In this document: one piece after another, positions 15,367 to 25,289 of the stretch
Numbering within the stretch: position 1 is the first letter of the stretch
How the letters are laid out: every line of letters starts with the position of its first letter
Assembly: GCF_000172995.2 (NCBI RefSeq)
Contig: NC_014729.1
Location: 2,788,545-2,820,544, forward strand
Length of the DNA stretch: 32,000 bases
Direction of reading: 5' to 3'
DNA from: Halogeometricum borinquense DSM 11551
GTDB lineage: Archaea; Halobacteriota; Halobacteria; Halobacteriales; Haloferacaceae
Notes under the pieces: model-generated
What the model was told of the DNA's origin: nothing
Database searches by the model: none
Seen by the model: the letters and a program-made list of their open reading frames with translations, nothing else
Made by a program: the position numbers and the translations under genes

Positions 15367-15375
15367 GATTTATCA
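15367..15375 (+). promoter_or_regulatory. TATA-like box upstream of the small zinc-finger ORF
   Basis: gatttatca lies 27-35 nt upstream of ATG 15402, the spacing expected for a leaderless haloarchaeal transcript. Confidence 0.35.
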
Positions 15376-15401
15376 GGGAGGATTCGAGAACCAATACACA
15401 C

Positions 15402-15554
15402 ATGCCAAAGGTACTTTGTGCCGAGTGTGGGCGAGATGTGGGGATGCACGAGCTGGAGGCGAAGACGACCACACAGAGGGATGGGTTCGACACGCGCTAT
15501 CGGTGTCCATACTGCCGAACGGACATCGAAGACGTGACCAGCCAGTTCGTCTGA
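15402..15554 (+). CDS. Small zinc-ribbon protein, 50 aa (below the ORF-track cutoff)
   Basis: Hand translation: MPKVLCAECGRDVGMHELEAKTTTQRDGFDTRYRCPYCRTDIEDVTSQFV*. It has CxxC...CPxC, is acidic with good GC3, and has a TATA-like box upstream. Confidence 0.55.
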   Translation: MPKVLCAECGRDVGMHELEAKTTTQRDGFDTRYRCPYCRTDIEDVTSQFV

Positions 15555-15573
15555 CGACCAACCAGATACCAGC

Positions 15574-15649
15574 GTCGCGTCTGCGCCAGCATACCAATCA
15601 GGTTGCACGGCCGCGTGCAGCCAAGTGTGGGGAGGCTTGCAGACGCGAC
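15574..15649. repeat. 11-bp perfect inverted repeat enclosing an inner hairpin
   Basis: GTCGCGTCTGC (15574-15584) pairs with GCAGACGCGAC (15639-15649). The 54-nt spacer contains TGCACG-gccg-CGTGCA. Confidence 0.7.
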
Positions 15650-15775
15650 CGGTATTTTCTACTGAAAACTGCCGATCCGAGAGCGCAGCCGTCGGGAAGC
15701 GACAGTCATTCGTCTGAGTCGCTACTCGGGCTGTGAGTTACGTCGAGAGAAGAACGCTGAACCGGAAGCGTCGGC

Positions 15776-16234
15776 TTACTCGTCGATGTCGAGGTCGAAC
15801 TGTTCGTTCTCGACGACAGCGTTGAGGACGACGCTCGTATTGGACTCGCGGATGTCAGCATCCGTCAGGAGTTGCTTGATCTGACTGTTCATGCCGTCGG
15901 TGTCGGTGAATTTGCCGATGGCGATGATGTCGTAGTCGCCCGTCACTTCGTAGACGGAGATCATCTGCTTCTGTTCGCGGAGGCGCTCGGTGATTTCCGG
16001 GAGGGCACTCCCCTCGACCTTGAGTTGAATAATCGCCGTCACGTCGTAGCCGAGAGCGTCGTAGTTCACACGCGGGGTGTACCCCTCGATCACGCCCTCG
16101 TCCTCTAAGTCGCGGAGGTGGTTCGAGACTGTCGTGACCGAGACATCGAGTTCCTCCGCAAGACTTCGAAGACTCGCTCGACCGTCGCCGAGGAGCGCGT
16201 TGATGAGTTTCGCATCGAGGTTTTCGTACGTCAT
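15776..16234 (-). CDS. lrp: Lrp/AsnC-family transcriptional regulator
   Basis: [52 protein letters not shown] (HTH) plus a RAM/AsnC_trans_reg domain ([18 protein letters not shown]). ATG at 16234; the track start at 16237 is TTG. Divergent from glnA, as described in Haloferax. Confidence 0.92.
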   Translation of the reverse strand: MTYENLDAKLINALLGDGRASLRSLAEELDVSVTTVSNHLRDLEDEGVIEGYTPRVNYDALGYDVTAIIQLKVEGSALPEITERLREQKQMISVYEVTGDYDIIAIGKFTDTDGMNSQIKQLLTDADIRESNTSVVLNAVVENEQFDLDIDE

Positions 16235-16361
16235 CAAAGCGACCCACTCACTCGGGGCATTAGAATTTTACGAATATCCAGTTCTGGGAGACTCACACAC
16301 GAGTTGCACTAAGCGATAACATCTTAATGGTGGCTGTTGTCAGAAACTCCTGTTCAGGAAG
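16235..16361. promoter_or_regulatory. Divergent lrp / glnA promoter region
   Basis: 127-bp intergenic region with AT-rich boxes (gaattttacgaatat; atcttaatgg, the latter about 30-40 nt upstream of glnA ATG 16362). Confidence 0.5.
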
Positions 16362-17738
16362 ATGACGGACGATAATGCGAACTCAGACGCTGTAACCGAC
16401 GGGGGACTCTCCGCGAAAGCTCAAGCGGTTGTTGACGAAATCGAGGAGAAGGAAGTCGATTTCCTTCGGCTTCAGTTCACCGATATCCTCGGTACCGTAA
16501 AGAACGTGGCCGTTCCGGCGACACAGGCCGAGAAGGCATTCACTGAAGGGATCTACTTCGACGGGTCGTCCATCGAAGGCTTCGTGCGCATTCAGGAATC
16601 CGACATGCGCCTCAAGCCCGACCCCGAGACGTTCGCCATCCTGCCGTGGCGCGACGGCCGGTCGGCACGTCTCATCTGCGACGTCATCAACACCAGTACG
16701 GGGAAACCGTTCGAGGGTGACCCGCGCTACGTTCTCAAGCAGGCCATCAAACGCGCAAACGAGATGGGCTACAAGATCAACGCCGCGCCCGAACCCGAGT
16801 TCTTCCTCTTCGAGGAGGACGAAGAAGGTCGCGCGACGACGAAGACGAACGACGCTGGCGGCTACTTCGACCTCGCGCCGAAAGACCTCGCCTCCGACGT
16901 TCGCCGCGACATCATCTACGGCCTCGAAAGCATGGGCTTCGAGATAGAGGCCAGCCACCACGAGGTCGCAGAAGGCCAACACGAGATCAACTTCGAGTAC
17001 GACGACGCTCTCACAACCGCCGACAACGTCGGAACGTTCCGGACGGTCGTCCGCGCTATCGCCGCGCAGCACGACCTGCACGCGACGTTCATGCCCAAGC
17101 CCATCGCCCGCATCAACGGCTCCGGCATGCACACTCACCTGTCGCTTTTCACCGAGGACGGCGAGAACGCGTTCCACGACGAGGACGACGAGTTCAACCT
17201 CTCTGAGACGGCAAAGCAGTTCACTGCCGGGATCCTCGAACACGCGCCCGCAATCACGGCTGTGTCGAACCCGACGGTGAACTCCTACAAACGTCTCGTC
17301 CCGGGCTACGAGGCACCCGTCTACGTCGCGTGGTCCGACCGCAACCGCTCGGCGCTCATCCGCAAACCGGCCGCACGCGTCCCGGCCGCAAGCCGTATCG
17401 AGGCACGCTTCCCCGACCCGTCCTGTAACCCGTACCTCGCCTTCGCCGCACTCATCCACGCCGGTCTCAACGGCATCGAGCGCGGACTGGAGTGCGACGA
17501 CCCGGTTCGTGAGAACATCTACGAGTTCGACGAAGCCAAACGCGAAGAGTACGGCATCGAGACGCTTCCGGCGAACCTCGGCGAAGCAATCGACGCCCTG
17601 CAAGAGGACGAAGTCGTGCAGGACGCACTCGGGGAACACATCTACGAGAAGTTCGTCGAGGCGAAATCCCAAGAGTACGACGAGTTCCGTGTGGATGTTT
17701 CCCAGTGGGAACTCGACAAGTACCTCGAGAAGTTCTAA
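16362..17738 (+). CDS. glnA: Glutamine synthetase, type I
   Basis: [77 protein letters not shown]. Full-length, 458 aa. Confidence 0.97.
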   Translation: MTDDNANSDAVTDGGLSAKAQAVVDEIEEKEVDFLRLQFTDILGTVKNVAVPATQAEKAFTEGIYFDGSSIEGFVRIQESDMRLKPDPETFAILPWRDGRSARLICDVINTSTGKPFEGDPRYVLKQAIKRANEMGYKINAAPEPEFFLFEEDEEGRATTKTNDAGGYFDLAPKDLASDVRRDIIYGLESMGFEIEASHHEVAEGQHEINFEYDDALTTADNVGTFRTVVRAIAAQHDLHATFMPKPIARINGSGMHTHLSLFTEDGENAFHDEDDEFNLSETAKQFTAGILEHAPAITAVSNPTVNSYKRLVPGYEAPVYVAWSDRNRSALIRKPAARVPAASRIEARFPDPSCNPYLAFAALIHAGLNGIERGLECDDPVRENIYEFDEAKREEYGIETLPANLGEAIDALQEDEVVQDALGEHIYEKFVEAKSQEYDEFRVDVSQWELDKYLEKF

Positions 17739-17774
17739 ACGGCCTCCAAGCCCGCGTTCCGCTTTTTTCCGCCG
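17739..17774. terminator. Short convergent intergenic region with a T6 tract
   Basis: T6 at 17763-17768, 25 nt after the glnA stop; the PAP2 gene ends at 17775 on the other strand. Confidence 0.35.
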
Positions 17775-18698
17775 TTACTCAAATAGTGACGACACTGCGA
17801 CTGGAAGCGACAACAGCGTGACACCGCCGAACGCTCCGGCCGCAACGAAGGCGAGCGATCCCATCGACAGTTCTGCGACGGCCGCCATCACGACCAGCGG
17901 AAGCGGAAACGCCACAGCACCGACGACGACCGAGCGCGTGGACAGGTCGCCGTTCGTGTCGAGAGCGGCGCGACCGAGAACCGACCAGATGGCCGCGCCG
18001 CCGACGGCAGTCCCGACGCCGAGGAGAACCTCGATCTCTATCGGGTTCGTGAAGGCGGCAGCGGCGCTGATGACGCCGCCGGCGAGATAGCACATGATGA
18101 CAGTACGATCCGACGGGGCGGCAGGGCGTCGGAGGCCGGGTCCCGCAGCGAAGACGATAGCGAGGAAGGCGACGCCGACGGTAACACCGGCGATCACGTC
18201 CGCGAGGTAGTGGACGCCGATAATGACGCGCGAGGCAGCGACGGCCACGACGGCGGCGGCGGCAACGCCGAGGCGGAGACGGCGACGGCCGACGTTGGCT
18301 GCGAGGGCGGTCCCACCCCAGAACACCGTGGCACCGAGCGTGTGTCCGCTGGGAAAGCCGTAGCCCGGTTCGGCCGCCCCCGGTGGGCGCGGAAGCGCGA
18401 ACAGTTCCTTGAGACCGACGGTGAGACCGACCGCGCCGAGTCCGAGGCCGAGAACGAACGCCGCCGCCGAGCGGTCGATGCCGATGCGTTCACCGACGAC
18501 GTAGGCGAACGAGACGCCGAACAGACAGACCCACGGGTCACCGAGGTGTGTGAGTACGGAGAACAACGAAACGATGGTATCCGGTATCGACTCGACAACA
18601 GCGAGTTCACCCACGCCGCGGGAAGCGAACGTGAGACCGCCAGCTCCAGCCAACGCGCCGCCCGACGCGCTCGCGGCGGCCGAGGAGTGCGTGTACAT
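17775..18698 (-). CDS. PAP2-superfamily phosphatase, integral membrane
   Basis: KELFALPRPPG ... FPSGHTLG ... SRVIIGVHYLADVIAG is the KxxxxxxRP / PSGH / SRxxxxxHxxxD signature. ATG 18698, or GTG 18701. Confidence 0.85.
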   Translation of the reverse strand: MYTHSSAAASASGGALAGAGGLTFASRGVGELAVVESIPDTIVSLFSVLTHLGDPWVCLFGVSFAYVVGERIGIDRSAAAFVLGLGLGAVGLTVGLKELFALPRPPGAAEPGYGFPSGHTLGATVFWGGTALAANVGRRRLRLGVAAAAVVAVAASRVIIGVHYLADVIAGVTVGVAFLAIVFAAGPGLRRPAAPSDRTVIMCYLAGGVISAAAAFTNPIEIEVLLGVGTAVGGAAIWSVLGRAALDTNGDLSTRSVVVGAVAFPLPLVVMAAVAELSMGSLAFVAAGAFGGVTLLSLPVAVSSLFE

Positions 18699-18793
18699 CA
18701 CCCCGTGAGTGGCGGGGCGAACGACAAATAACCGAGGGTGTCGAGAGCGGCCGCCACACCCGTCAGGTCAGGGTTGCCGAGAAAACAGCCGCC

Positions 18794-20104
18794 TCAGGAC
18801 CGCTTGTCACGAACCCAGTCGAGGAAACGGCCGGGAACGCCAAGCGCGTCCAGTCCCGCACCGAAGAGAACGAACAGGACGTAGAGTCCGAGCGTCGAGA
18901 GGTACGTGATGAGCATGGCGATGACGGCGAGCAAGTCGTCTTGAATGAGATAGAACGCCGCGATAGTGACGGCCGTCCCGTAGAGGAGGACGAGGTACGG
19001 TCCCCACCCGCGGGCTCTGCCCTGTCGCATCTGCCGACGCACGTAGCGTTTCAACTCCGACTCCACGTCCGGACGTTCGACGGTCCGTTCCTGTACGTCC
19101 GACTCGAACGCGTCGAGGTCAGCGCGAAGTTCCGCTACGCGATCTTCCAGTTCTTCGATGTCGGGCGCGCCGCGAGGCTCGACATCCGTCTCGCCCGACT
19201 CCTCACTCCGGGGTGCGTCGTCCACGCTCATCGTCCGGTCGGTTGGTCGTTCCCGTGTGTGTTGTACCTGCCGGTCTACGGGGCCGCCGTCGTCCGGTCC
19301 GGGCGTCACCTTTTCGGCGAGAACAGCATTGATCACAGCACCCGTGAGAATGAGAATACCCGAAAAGTAGAACCACGTCACGAGGAGCAGTATTGCGCCG
19401 AGTGCGCCCGCAACGGACGCCCCCGCCGTGGACGCGTAGATGCCGAACACAGCACCGAGTACGGCCCACCCGACGGCCGCAAACAGCGTCCCCGGAAGCG
19501 CCTCGCGGACAGTGAGTCCAGCATCGGGAAAGATGTAGTAAAACGGAAAAAACGCCGCGATGAGGAGGCCGAAGAGCAACAGCGGACTGAGAACTCCAAC
19601 GAACGGAATATCGAGAATAGCAACAACCGTCGTCGCGAGTGCGACGCCAATCGTTCCGGCTCCGAGCGAACCGAGAGCGATGAGACCGTCTCTGAGTTGA
19701 TCGACGATTCCGCCCGTCTCCGAGCCATAGATGCGCGAGAAGGCGATATCGAGCCCGCGAAACAGTTTGAGCGCACCCCACAGCGTGACGGCGAGACTCA
19801 CTACCGACAGCGCCCCCTGTCCCGTCGGATCCTCAAGTGCGCTGGCGACGATTTCGGACCCGGCCGGAAGGAGATACTGCTGTGCGAGGTCCAACACGTA
19901 CGCCCTGAGTGCCTCGCCGCCGACGAACGAAGCAACGACGAGACCGAGTGTGAGAAGCGGAACGAGCGAAACGAGCGTGTAGTAAGAGATGCTCGCCGCC
20001 AAAAACGTCACCTCGCGTTCTTGGATGGTCTCGATCACCGACCGAACGACGGAAATCTGATTCCGAATCCGAACGCTCACGCTCTCCTTTCGGCAGACGG
20101 ACAC
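18794..20104 (-). CDS. YihY/BrkB-family membrane protein with a C-terminal acidic/coiled-coil + 2-TM extension
   Basis: EVTFLAASISYYTLVSLVPLL and six TM segments are typical of YihY. About 150 extra residues follow (EELEDRVAELRADLDAFESDVQ... then two TM segments). GTG start at 20104, uncertain. Confidence 0.82.
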   Translation of the reverse strand: MSVCRKESVSVRIRNQISVVRSVIETIQEREVTFLAASISYYTLVSLVPLLTLGLVVASFVGGEALRAYVLDLAQQYLLPAGSEIVASALEDPTGQGALSVVSLAVTLWGALKLFRGLDIAFSRIYGSETGGIVDQLRDGLIALGSLGAGTIGVALATTVVAILDIPFVGVLSPLLLFGLLIAAFFPFYYIFPDAGLTVREALPGTLFAAVGWAVLGAVFGIYASTAGASVAGALGAILLLVTWFYFSGILILTGAVINAVLAEKVTPGPDDGGPVDRQVQHTRERPTDRTMSVDDAPRSEESGETDVEPRGAPDIEELEDRVAELRADLDAFESDVQERTVERPDVESELKRYVRRQMRQGRARGWGPYLVLLYGTAVTIAAFYLIQDDLLAVIAMLITYLSTLGLYVLFVLFGAGLDALGVPGRFLDWVRDKRS

Positions 20105-20191
20105 AAGAAGTTACTTGCCCCCGACAGGTTCTGAAACGACTTCTCAGTCGTCGGTTCCGTCCCAAGGGTCGGTGTCGCCCAACCGTCGCTA

Positions 20192-21316
20192 TCAGTTGTC
20201 GCTGTCGGTCGTCACCGCTCGCATCTCCTCGATAGTTGCGTTCGTCTTGAACGCGGTCCCCGAGTAGTGCGCCTGTGTCGCTTCGTAGCCGGCATCTCTG
20301 AGTTCTGCGAGGAAGTCGTCCATACTCGTCGCCGACCGGGACCACATCTTGCAGAGGCGGTGTTGGTCGTAGTGTGTCGGCCGGTCAAGTTCGCCTGCGA
20401 CGGTTTCGAGCATCGACCGGGCACGCTTTTTTTCGCCCATCTCTTCTGTGATGTGGTCGCGGACCCGGCGAGTAAAGTCGGGGTCGCAGACGGGACCGAG
20501 ATAGAGCGGCCCCGCGACGAGCGTCCGGGAACTTCCGCAGGCCGGGCAGTCGTCCGGCGGATGGGCGATAAGGCCGAACTCGTGATCGCGTTCGAGACAG
20601 TCCTCGCAGTGGTAGACGTACCCCAACTGCTCTACGAGTTCGTCCGCTTTGGTCGCCCGACCGTCGAGTTCGAGGTACGTGCGGGCGTAGTGTCGCGTCA
20701 CGTGTGAGAGGATGGGGACCGCGGCCTTGTCGTATCGCGCGGCAGTCCGAATCATCGCCGAGAGGAGAACGCGCAGACCCATCTCTGGGTGATAGTCGGT
20801 GTTCTGCGGGAGCGTGCTGTACTTCCGGATGCCGGATTTCTGGTGTGCGCCACAGAGCGGTGCAGTGTCGGTGGCAGTAACGCAGACCAGATCCCGTGTG
20901 TTAGCGAACGCCGCGTCCGCGAAGGGAATCGGCGTGCCGAAGGGGTCTAAGTCCACGATATCGAACACCGAGTCGTACATGAGAGCGTTCGCGTTTCGGT
21001 GGACCGCCTCGCCATCCAACTCGTTCCGTTCGAGGTTCCGGCGAGCGAGTTCGACGGCCGACTCATCGAGGTCCGCGCAAGTCACGTCGAACCCCTCCGC
21101 AGCGGCGCGAACACCTCGAATGCCACTTGCGGCCATCGCATCCAGATACGACTCCGCGCGGTCGTCGCGTTCGCGGTACGCCCGAAGCGTGGCGACGGTC
21201 ACGTCGCGGTTGAGTTCCTGCGTCGGGTTGTAGAACACATCGTCGCCCGCGCCCTCCGACGCGCCGTCGCGGGCACCGGGAACCTCCACCTCGATGCCGC
21301 CCTCACGTACGTCCAT
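20192..21316 (-). CDS. trm1: tRNA (guanine(26)-N(2))-dimethyltransferase
   Basis: [15 protein letters not shown]...ASGIRGVR...DLDPFGTP...CEDCLERDH...CPACGS, the Trm1 SAM-MTase core plus a Cys cluster. Confidence 0.93.
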   Translation of the reverse strand: MDVREGGIEVEVPGARDGASEGAGDDVFYNPTQELNRDVTVATLRAYRERDDRAESYLDAMAASGIRGVRAAAEGFDVTCADLDESAVELARRNLERNELDGEAVHRNANALMYDSVFDIVDLDPFGTPIPFADAAFANTRDLVCVTATDTAPLCGAHQKSGIRKYSTLPQNTDYHPEMGLRVLLSAMIRTAARYDKAAVPILSHVTRHYARTYLELDGRATKADELVEQLGYVYHCEDCLERDHEFGLIAHPPDDCPACGSSRTLVAGPLYLGPVCDPDFTRRVRDHITEEMGEKKRARSMLETVAGELDRPTHYDQHRLCKMWSRSATSMDDFLAELRDAGYEATQAHYSGTAFKTNATIEEMRAVTTDSDN

Positions 21317-21442
21317 GTTCCGAGGAGCGGTCCCCGCGGCGAAAAGCGATACGATGCGTTCGGATCAGCGGGACCACGAGACGGAGGCGGTACGGGCGCA
21401 GTCATCGGTGGCGTTTTGTCCGATACCGGCCAACTTCGGAGT

Positions 21443-21904
21443 GTGCGAAAGGTGGGTGACGGCTCCGACGACGGGGGCGACGAGGAGGCTTCTGCCGCGG
21501 AAGCGACGGCCACAGACGGATCAGCGTCGGAATTCGTCGTCCCTACTGAAACCGAGAACGACCGCGAGACCGAGTGGCGGCGAGCGCTCGCGGAGGCGGG
21601 CGAACTCACGCCCGATGTCGTCGATGCGGTCGCCACCATCCACGACAAGCGCGGAGTGCGTGCCATCGAAGCCGTCTCCGAGGGGCGGGTGAAGCGCTAC
21701 CGAGATTTTACTGTCGTCGTCGGACACGCCGCCGAGTACGTCGTCGAGGACGGCGGGTGTACCTGTAAAGATAGTTCGTACAACCTCGATCCCGAAGACG
21801 ACGGCCAGCGCTGTTGGCACGTTCTCGCCGCCGCCGTCGCCGAGCGAATCGGCGAAGTCGATCATCACGACATGTGGTACTCAGACGTACGCGAGTTCAT
21901 CTGA
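21443..21904 (+). CDS. SWIM zinc-finger protein
   Basis: C-terminal GGCTCKDSSYNLDPEDDGQRCWHVLA matches CxCx(n)CxH. This is the part of ORF 20999..21904 lying outside trm1. There is no in-frame ATG; the start is guessed at GTG 21443 (or 21452). Confidence 0.62.
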   Translation: MRKVGDGSDDGGDEEASAAEATATDGSASEFVVPTETENDRETEWRRALAEAGELTPDVVDAVATIHDKRGVRAIEAVSEGRVKRYRDFTVVVGHAAEYVVEDGGCTCKDSSYNLDPEDDGQRCWHVLAAAVAERIGEVDHHDMWYSDVREFI

Positions 21905-22042
21905 GCGACGACACGTGCGAATTCGTTTGCGTTCGGCGCGTTTCACAGGTCGGTGAACCACCGTAGTCAGTCTACGTCACTGAAATATCAAGTCGCTTCC
22001 TCCGCAACGTTTTCCCACCGGGTGCCCGAAGCTTCGAACAAG

Positions 22043-22852
22043 ATGCCCACCATCGACGAGAAGCGCGTCTACACTGACAACACCGGAACGGAGACCGTCT
22101 TCGTCGCAAGCGACGCGGGCGTCGTTGCCGTCTCCGTCTCGGACGACCTCGTGGGGGGATTCGGCATCGCGCACCGCTGTCACGCCCGCGACGTGGCTGT
22201 CGGGACTGAGACGCTGGCAGTCGCCACCGACGAGGACGTGTTCTGTGCCGACCTGACGACGACCGACAGCGCGGACGACCTCGCGTTCGAGGCGACCGAG
22301 TTTGGCCCCGCCACCGCCGTCGGATTCGACGGCAAAACGCTCCTCGCAGGCGACGAGGAGGGTCGAGTCGGACGATTCGACAGCGAGTGGACAGACCTCG
22401 GACGTGCAGAACCGGTTCGGGCTATCGACGGTCCACTCGTCGCCGCCGCCGACGGTGTCCACCGAGTCGAAGCCGACAGTCTCGCGCCAGTCGGACTTGA
22501 CAACGCGTATGACGTTGTGGGACGCGACCCGCTCGCCGCCACTGAAACCGGACTGTACAAACTCGGAAACGGCTGGATGGACGTTCTTAACGGCGCGTTC
22601 GAGACGGTGACTGCGGACGGAGACGGCCGCGCACACGCCGTTGGCGGCGGGCATCTGTTCGCCCGCAGTGAAAGCGGCGAATGGACACCGGAACCCGTCC
22701 CCGTTGCCGAAGGCGTGGCCGCCGTCACTTACGGACCGGAAGCAACGTACGCCGTCACCACTCCCGGGACGTTCCTCGTCCGTCTCCCGGGGTCGGAGTG
22801 GCGGCACCAGATGCTCGGCCTACAGGGCGTCACCGCCGCGGCAGTCGTCTAA
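22043..22852 (+). CDS. Conserved haloarchaeal hypothetical protein, probably beta-propeller-like
   Basis: ATG 22043 (MPTIDEKRVYTDNTGTETVFVASDAGVVAVSV...). It has repeated short beta-strand-like units rich in V/A/D/G. Position between the SWIM gene and prs matches my memory of the H. volcanii HVO_0234 neighbourhood (unverified). Confidence 0.68.
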   Translation: MPTIDEKRVYTDNTGTETVFVASDAGVVAVSVSDDLVGGFGIAHRCHARDVAVGTETLAVATDEDVFCADLTTTDSADDLAFEATEFGPATAVGFDGKTLLAGDEEGRVGRFDSEWTDLGRAEPVRAIDGPLVAAADGVHRVEADSLAPVGLDNAYDVVGRDPLAATETGLYKLGNGWMDVLNGAFETVTADGDGRAHAVGGGHLFARSESGEWTPEPVPVAEGVAAVTYGPEATYAVTTPGTFLVRLPGSEWRHQMLGLQGVTAAAVV

Positions 22853-22949
22853 AGCGCCGGTCGCAGTCGCGGTAATCGACGTATCTACGTCGTGACGAGT
22901 CCACGCGGAGACGAAAACGGGTTTAACGCGCGACGAAAACTCTCCCAAC

Positions 22950-23813
22950 ATGATTGTACCCGGCGCATCTTCGCAGGCGCTCGCCGCGGCATTGGCGAGG
23001 GCGATAGACGAACCACTCGCGGCCGTCGAGTACGACCGCTTCCCTGACGGCGAAACGCTGGCCGCCGTCCCCGACTTCGACGACGACAGAGCCATCATCG
23101 TGGCGACGACCGACTCGAACGACGCGTGGGTGGAACTACTCCAACTGCAAGACGCCGTCCGCGAGGCGGGCGCGACCGAAGTCGTGACCGTCATCCCGTA
23201 CATGGGCTACGCTCGGCAGGACAAGGCGTTCGAAGACGGCCACCCCGTCTCGGCGCGCGCGACGGCGCAGGCCGTCTCAACGGGTGCCGACCGTGTCGTC
23301 CTCGTCAATCCACACGAAGACGACATCTCCTCGTTCTTCGACGGGCACGTCACGATTGTCGATGCGGCGGCCAATCTCGCAGACCCGCTTCCCGACGACT
23401 TGGACGACCCGCTGTTTCTGTCGCCGGACGCCGGCGCTATCGACCTCGCAGAGAGCGTCTGTGACGCCTACGGCCGCGGCGATGTCGATTACTTCGAGAA
23501 GGTGCGTCACTCGGGGACGGACGTAGAGATAACACCCAGCGACGCGGACGCCACGGACCGCGACGTGGTCATCGTAGACGACATTATCGCAACCGGTTCG
23601 ACGGTGAGTCAGGCGGTCAACCACCTCAATTCGGACGGTGCGCGAAACGTCTTTGCCGCCTGTGTCCACCCGCTACTGGTTCGGAACGCCCGTACGAAAC
23701 TCGAACGCGCCGGTATCGAGCAAATCGTCGGAACGGACACCGTCGAACGCGACGTGAGCATCGTCAGCGTCGCTCCCTCCGTCGCCGCCGCTGTCGAAGC
23801 AGTCACACAGTAG
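22950..23813 (+). CDS. prs: Ribose-phosphate pyrophosphokinase (PRPP synthetase)
   Basis: FPDGE, YMGYARQDK, and VVIVDDIIATGSTV (the PRPP-binding loop). Confidence 0.93.
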   Translation: MIVPGASSQALAAALARAIDEPLAAVEYDRFPDGETLAAVPDFDDDRAIIVATTDSNDAWVELLQLQDAVREAGATEVVTVIPYMGYARQDKAFEDGHPVSARATAQAVSTGADRVVLVNPHEDDISSFFDGHVTIVDAAANLADPLPDDLDDPLFLSPDAGAIDLAESVCDAYGRGDVDYFEKVRHSGTDVEITPSDADATDRDVVIVDDIIATGSTVSQAVNHLNSDGARNVFAACVHPLLVRNARTKLERAGIEQIVGTDTVERDVSIVSVAPSVAAAVEAVTQ

Positions 23814-23873
23814 CACGACGCAACACATCTACGGAGCGAAACGTTTGTATCGATTACCGAACCACCTCGAAGT

Positions 23874-24098
23874 ATGGCACACGAACGCTTCGATTATCCA
23901 CAACTAACTAAATTCGGCGTCGGCCTCGGACTCACACTGTTTGCCGTCGGCGCACTGGGGACGATTGTTGCCCCCTCCTTCGTCGGTCCGCTTCCGGCGT
24001 GGGAAGAGTCGCTCCTATTCGACGCCGAGGCAATCGGCGTTCTCCTCACCCTTCTCTCGCCGTTCGTCTTCGGCATTCTCCTGCCGCTGACCGAGTGA
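23874..24098 (+). CDS. Small two-TM membrane protein
   Basis: MAHERFDYPQLTKFGVGLGLTLFAVGALGTIVAPSF...IGVLLTLLSPFVFGILLPLTE. It has an ATG start with tttgtatcgatt upstream. Confidence 0.55.
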   Translation: MAHERFDYPQLTKFGVGLGLTLFAVGALGTIVAPSFVGPLPAWEESLLFDAEAIGVLLTLLSPFVFGILLPLTE

Positions 24099-24242
24099 AT
24101 CGCTGTCCGCTCGTCAGCCGCGACACGGAGAGCGACTCGTATCCGGCGGCTTCGCACGACGTTACCGAACTACGATAGCTCAGACTTCGAAGACGACGGA
24201 GTCCCGTTTTGGTTATGACGTTCCAGCGTGACGGCCCATGCA

Positions 24243-24905
24243 ATGGCACCGTCGGAACGTGAGGGCCGACCACCCCATCGAAATGACGGCGACTCTCATT
24301 TCCCCGAAACGGACTCGGCGTTCGTTCTCGACGCCGACTGCACGCGATGTCCGGAACTCGTCGCGTGCCGAACGCGAATCTCGTGGGGGAACGGGTCGTC
24401 GGACGCGTCAGTGATGGTCGTCGGGGAGGCACCCGGTGCGGGCGACCCCGATGCCGAACAGTGGCAAGGTGGGAATCACACCGGGATGGCGTACACGACG
24501 CGGCATTCCGGCAGGCGGATTCGAAAGCTCATCGCGGCCGCGGGACACGCCGATGCGTACTACACGAACGCGGTGAAGTGTGTTCCGTGCGACGGCGACG
24601 GGTCGAACCGCGAACCGACAGCCACGGAGCGTGCGAACTGCCGGACGCACCTCGACACCGAACTCGATGCAATCGAACCCGAAGTAGTCGTCTCGACGGG
24701 CAAGCATGCGACGGCGACGATGCTCGCATTCGACGGACGGGAACTGGACGGCTTTCTCGACACTGTGTTGGATCCGGTCGAACTCGACGCGTTCGACGTG
24801 ATGCTGCTCCCCCTTCTACATCCCTCCTATCAGGACGTGTGGCTCTCACGCCTCGGCTACACGGAATCAGAGTACCGCGAAGCGATTCGAGAACGGCTTC
24901 CGTGA
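24243..24905 (+). CDS. Uracil-DNA glycosylase, family 4/5-type (Fe-S)
   Basis: CTRCPELVACR, VMVVGEAPG (motif A), NAVKCVPC, and LLPLLHPSY (motif B). Start at ATG 24243 or GTG 24228. Confidence 0.85.
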   Translation: MAPSEREGRPPHRNDGDSHFPETDSAFVLDADCTRCPELVACRTRISWGNGSSDASVMVVGEAPGAGDPDAEQWQGGNHTGMAYTTRHSGRRIRKLIAAAGHADAYYTNAVKCVPCDGDGSNREPTATERANCRTHLDTELDAIEPEVVVSTGKHATATMLAFDGRELDGFLDTVLDPVELDAFDVMLLPLLHPSYQDVWLSRLGYTESEYREAIRERLP

Positions 24906-24986
24906 GCCGTCCGATCAGTGAGTTCGCGGACGCGTCTCGTCGCCAGGTGGAAACGCTCATAGCCGTGCCACCGCTAGCGTCAGGCG

Positions 24987-25289
24987 ATGGCTACGACGCG
25001 TTCGCCGCTGGCCGTTCTCGCGGGACTCGTCCTCGTCGCGTTCATCCCGCTCGTAGTGATGTGGGTTACGGTCATGGGGTGGGACAACCTCGGCTACTTG
25101 CTCTACTTCGCGATCTACTTCGTCGTCATCCACATCCTCCTTCCATCACGGGTGTACATCCACGCCCGCGATCACGGGAGCAATGCGAAACTCGCGTGGA
25201 CCGCACTCGCGTTCTTCATCCCGTTGGTCGGCGCACTCGTCTACTTCCTCGTCAACATGGCGTTCAGACGAATCGAAGCCGCGGGTTAG
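24987..25289 (+). CDS. PLD-nuclease-N-terminal-domain (PLDc_N)-like small membrane protein
   Basis: Three TM segments. The C-terminal AWTALAFFIPLVGALVYFLV resembles the PLDc_N motif. Confidence 0.62.
   Translation: MATTRSPLAVLAGLVLVAFIPLVVMWVTVMGWDNLGYLLYFAIYFVVIHILLPSRVYIHARDHGSNAKLAWTALAFFIPLVGALVYFLVNMAFRRIEAAG

Noticed and set aside
16383-17672. 429-aa ORF antisense to glnA
   Set aside because: It lies entirely inside the unambiguous glnA CDS. The product is Arg/Val/Gly-rich and not acidic. Long antisense ORFs are a normal consequence of high GC and GC3 bias.
18941-20134. 397-aa plus-strand ORF opposite the YihY gene
   Set aside because: It is an antisense artefact. The product is highly Arg-rich, whereas the minus-strand product has clear YihY TM architecture.
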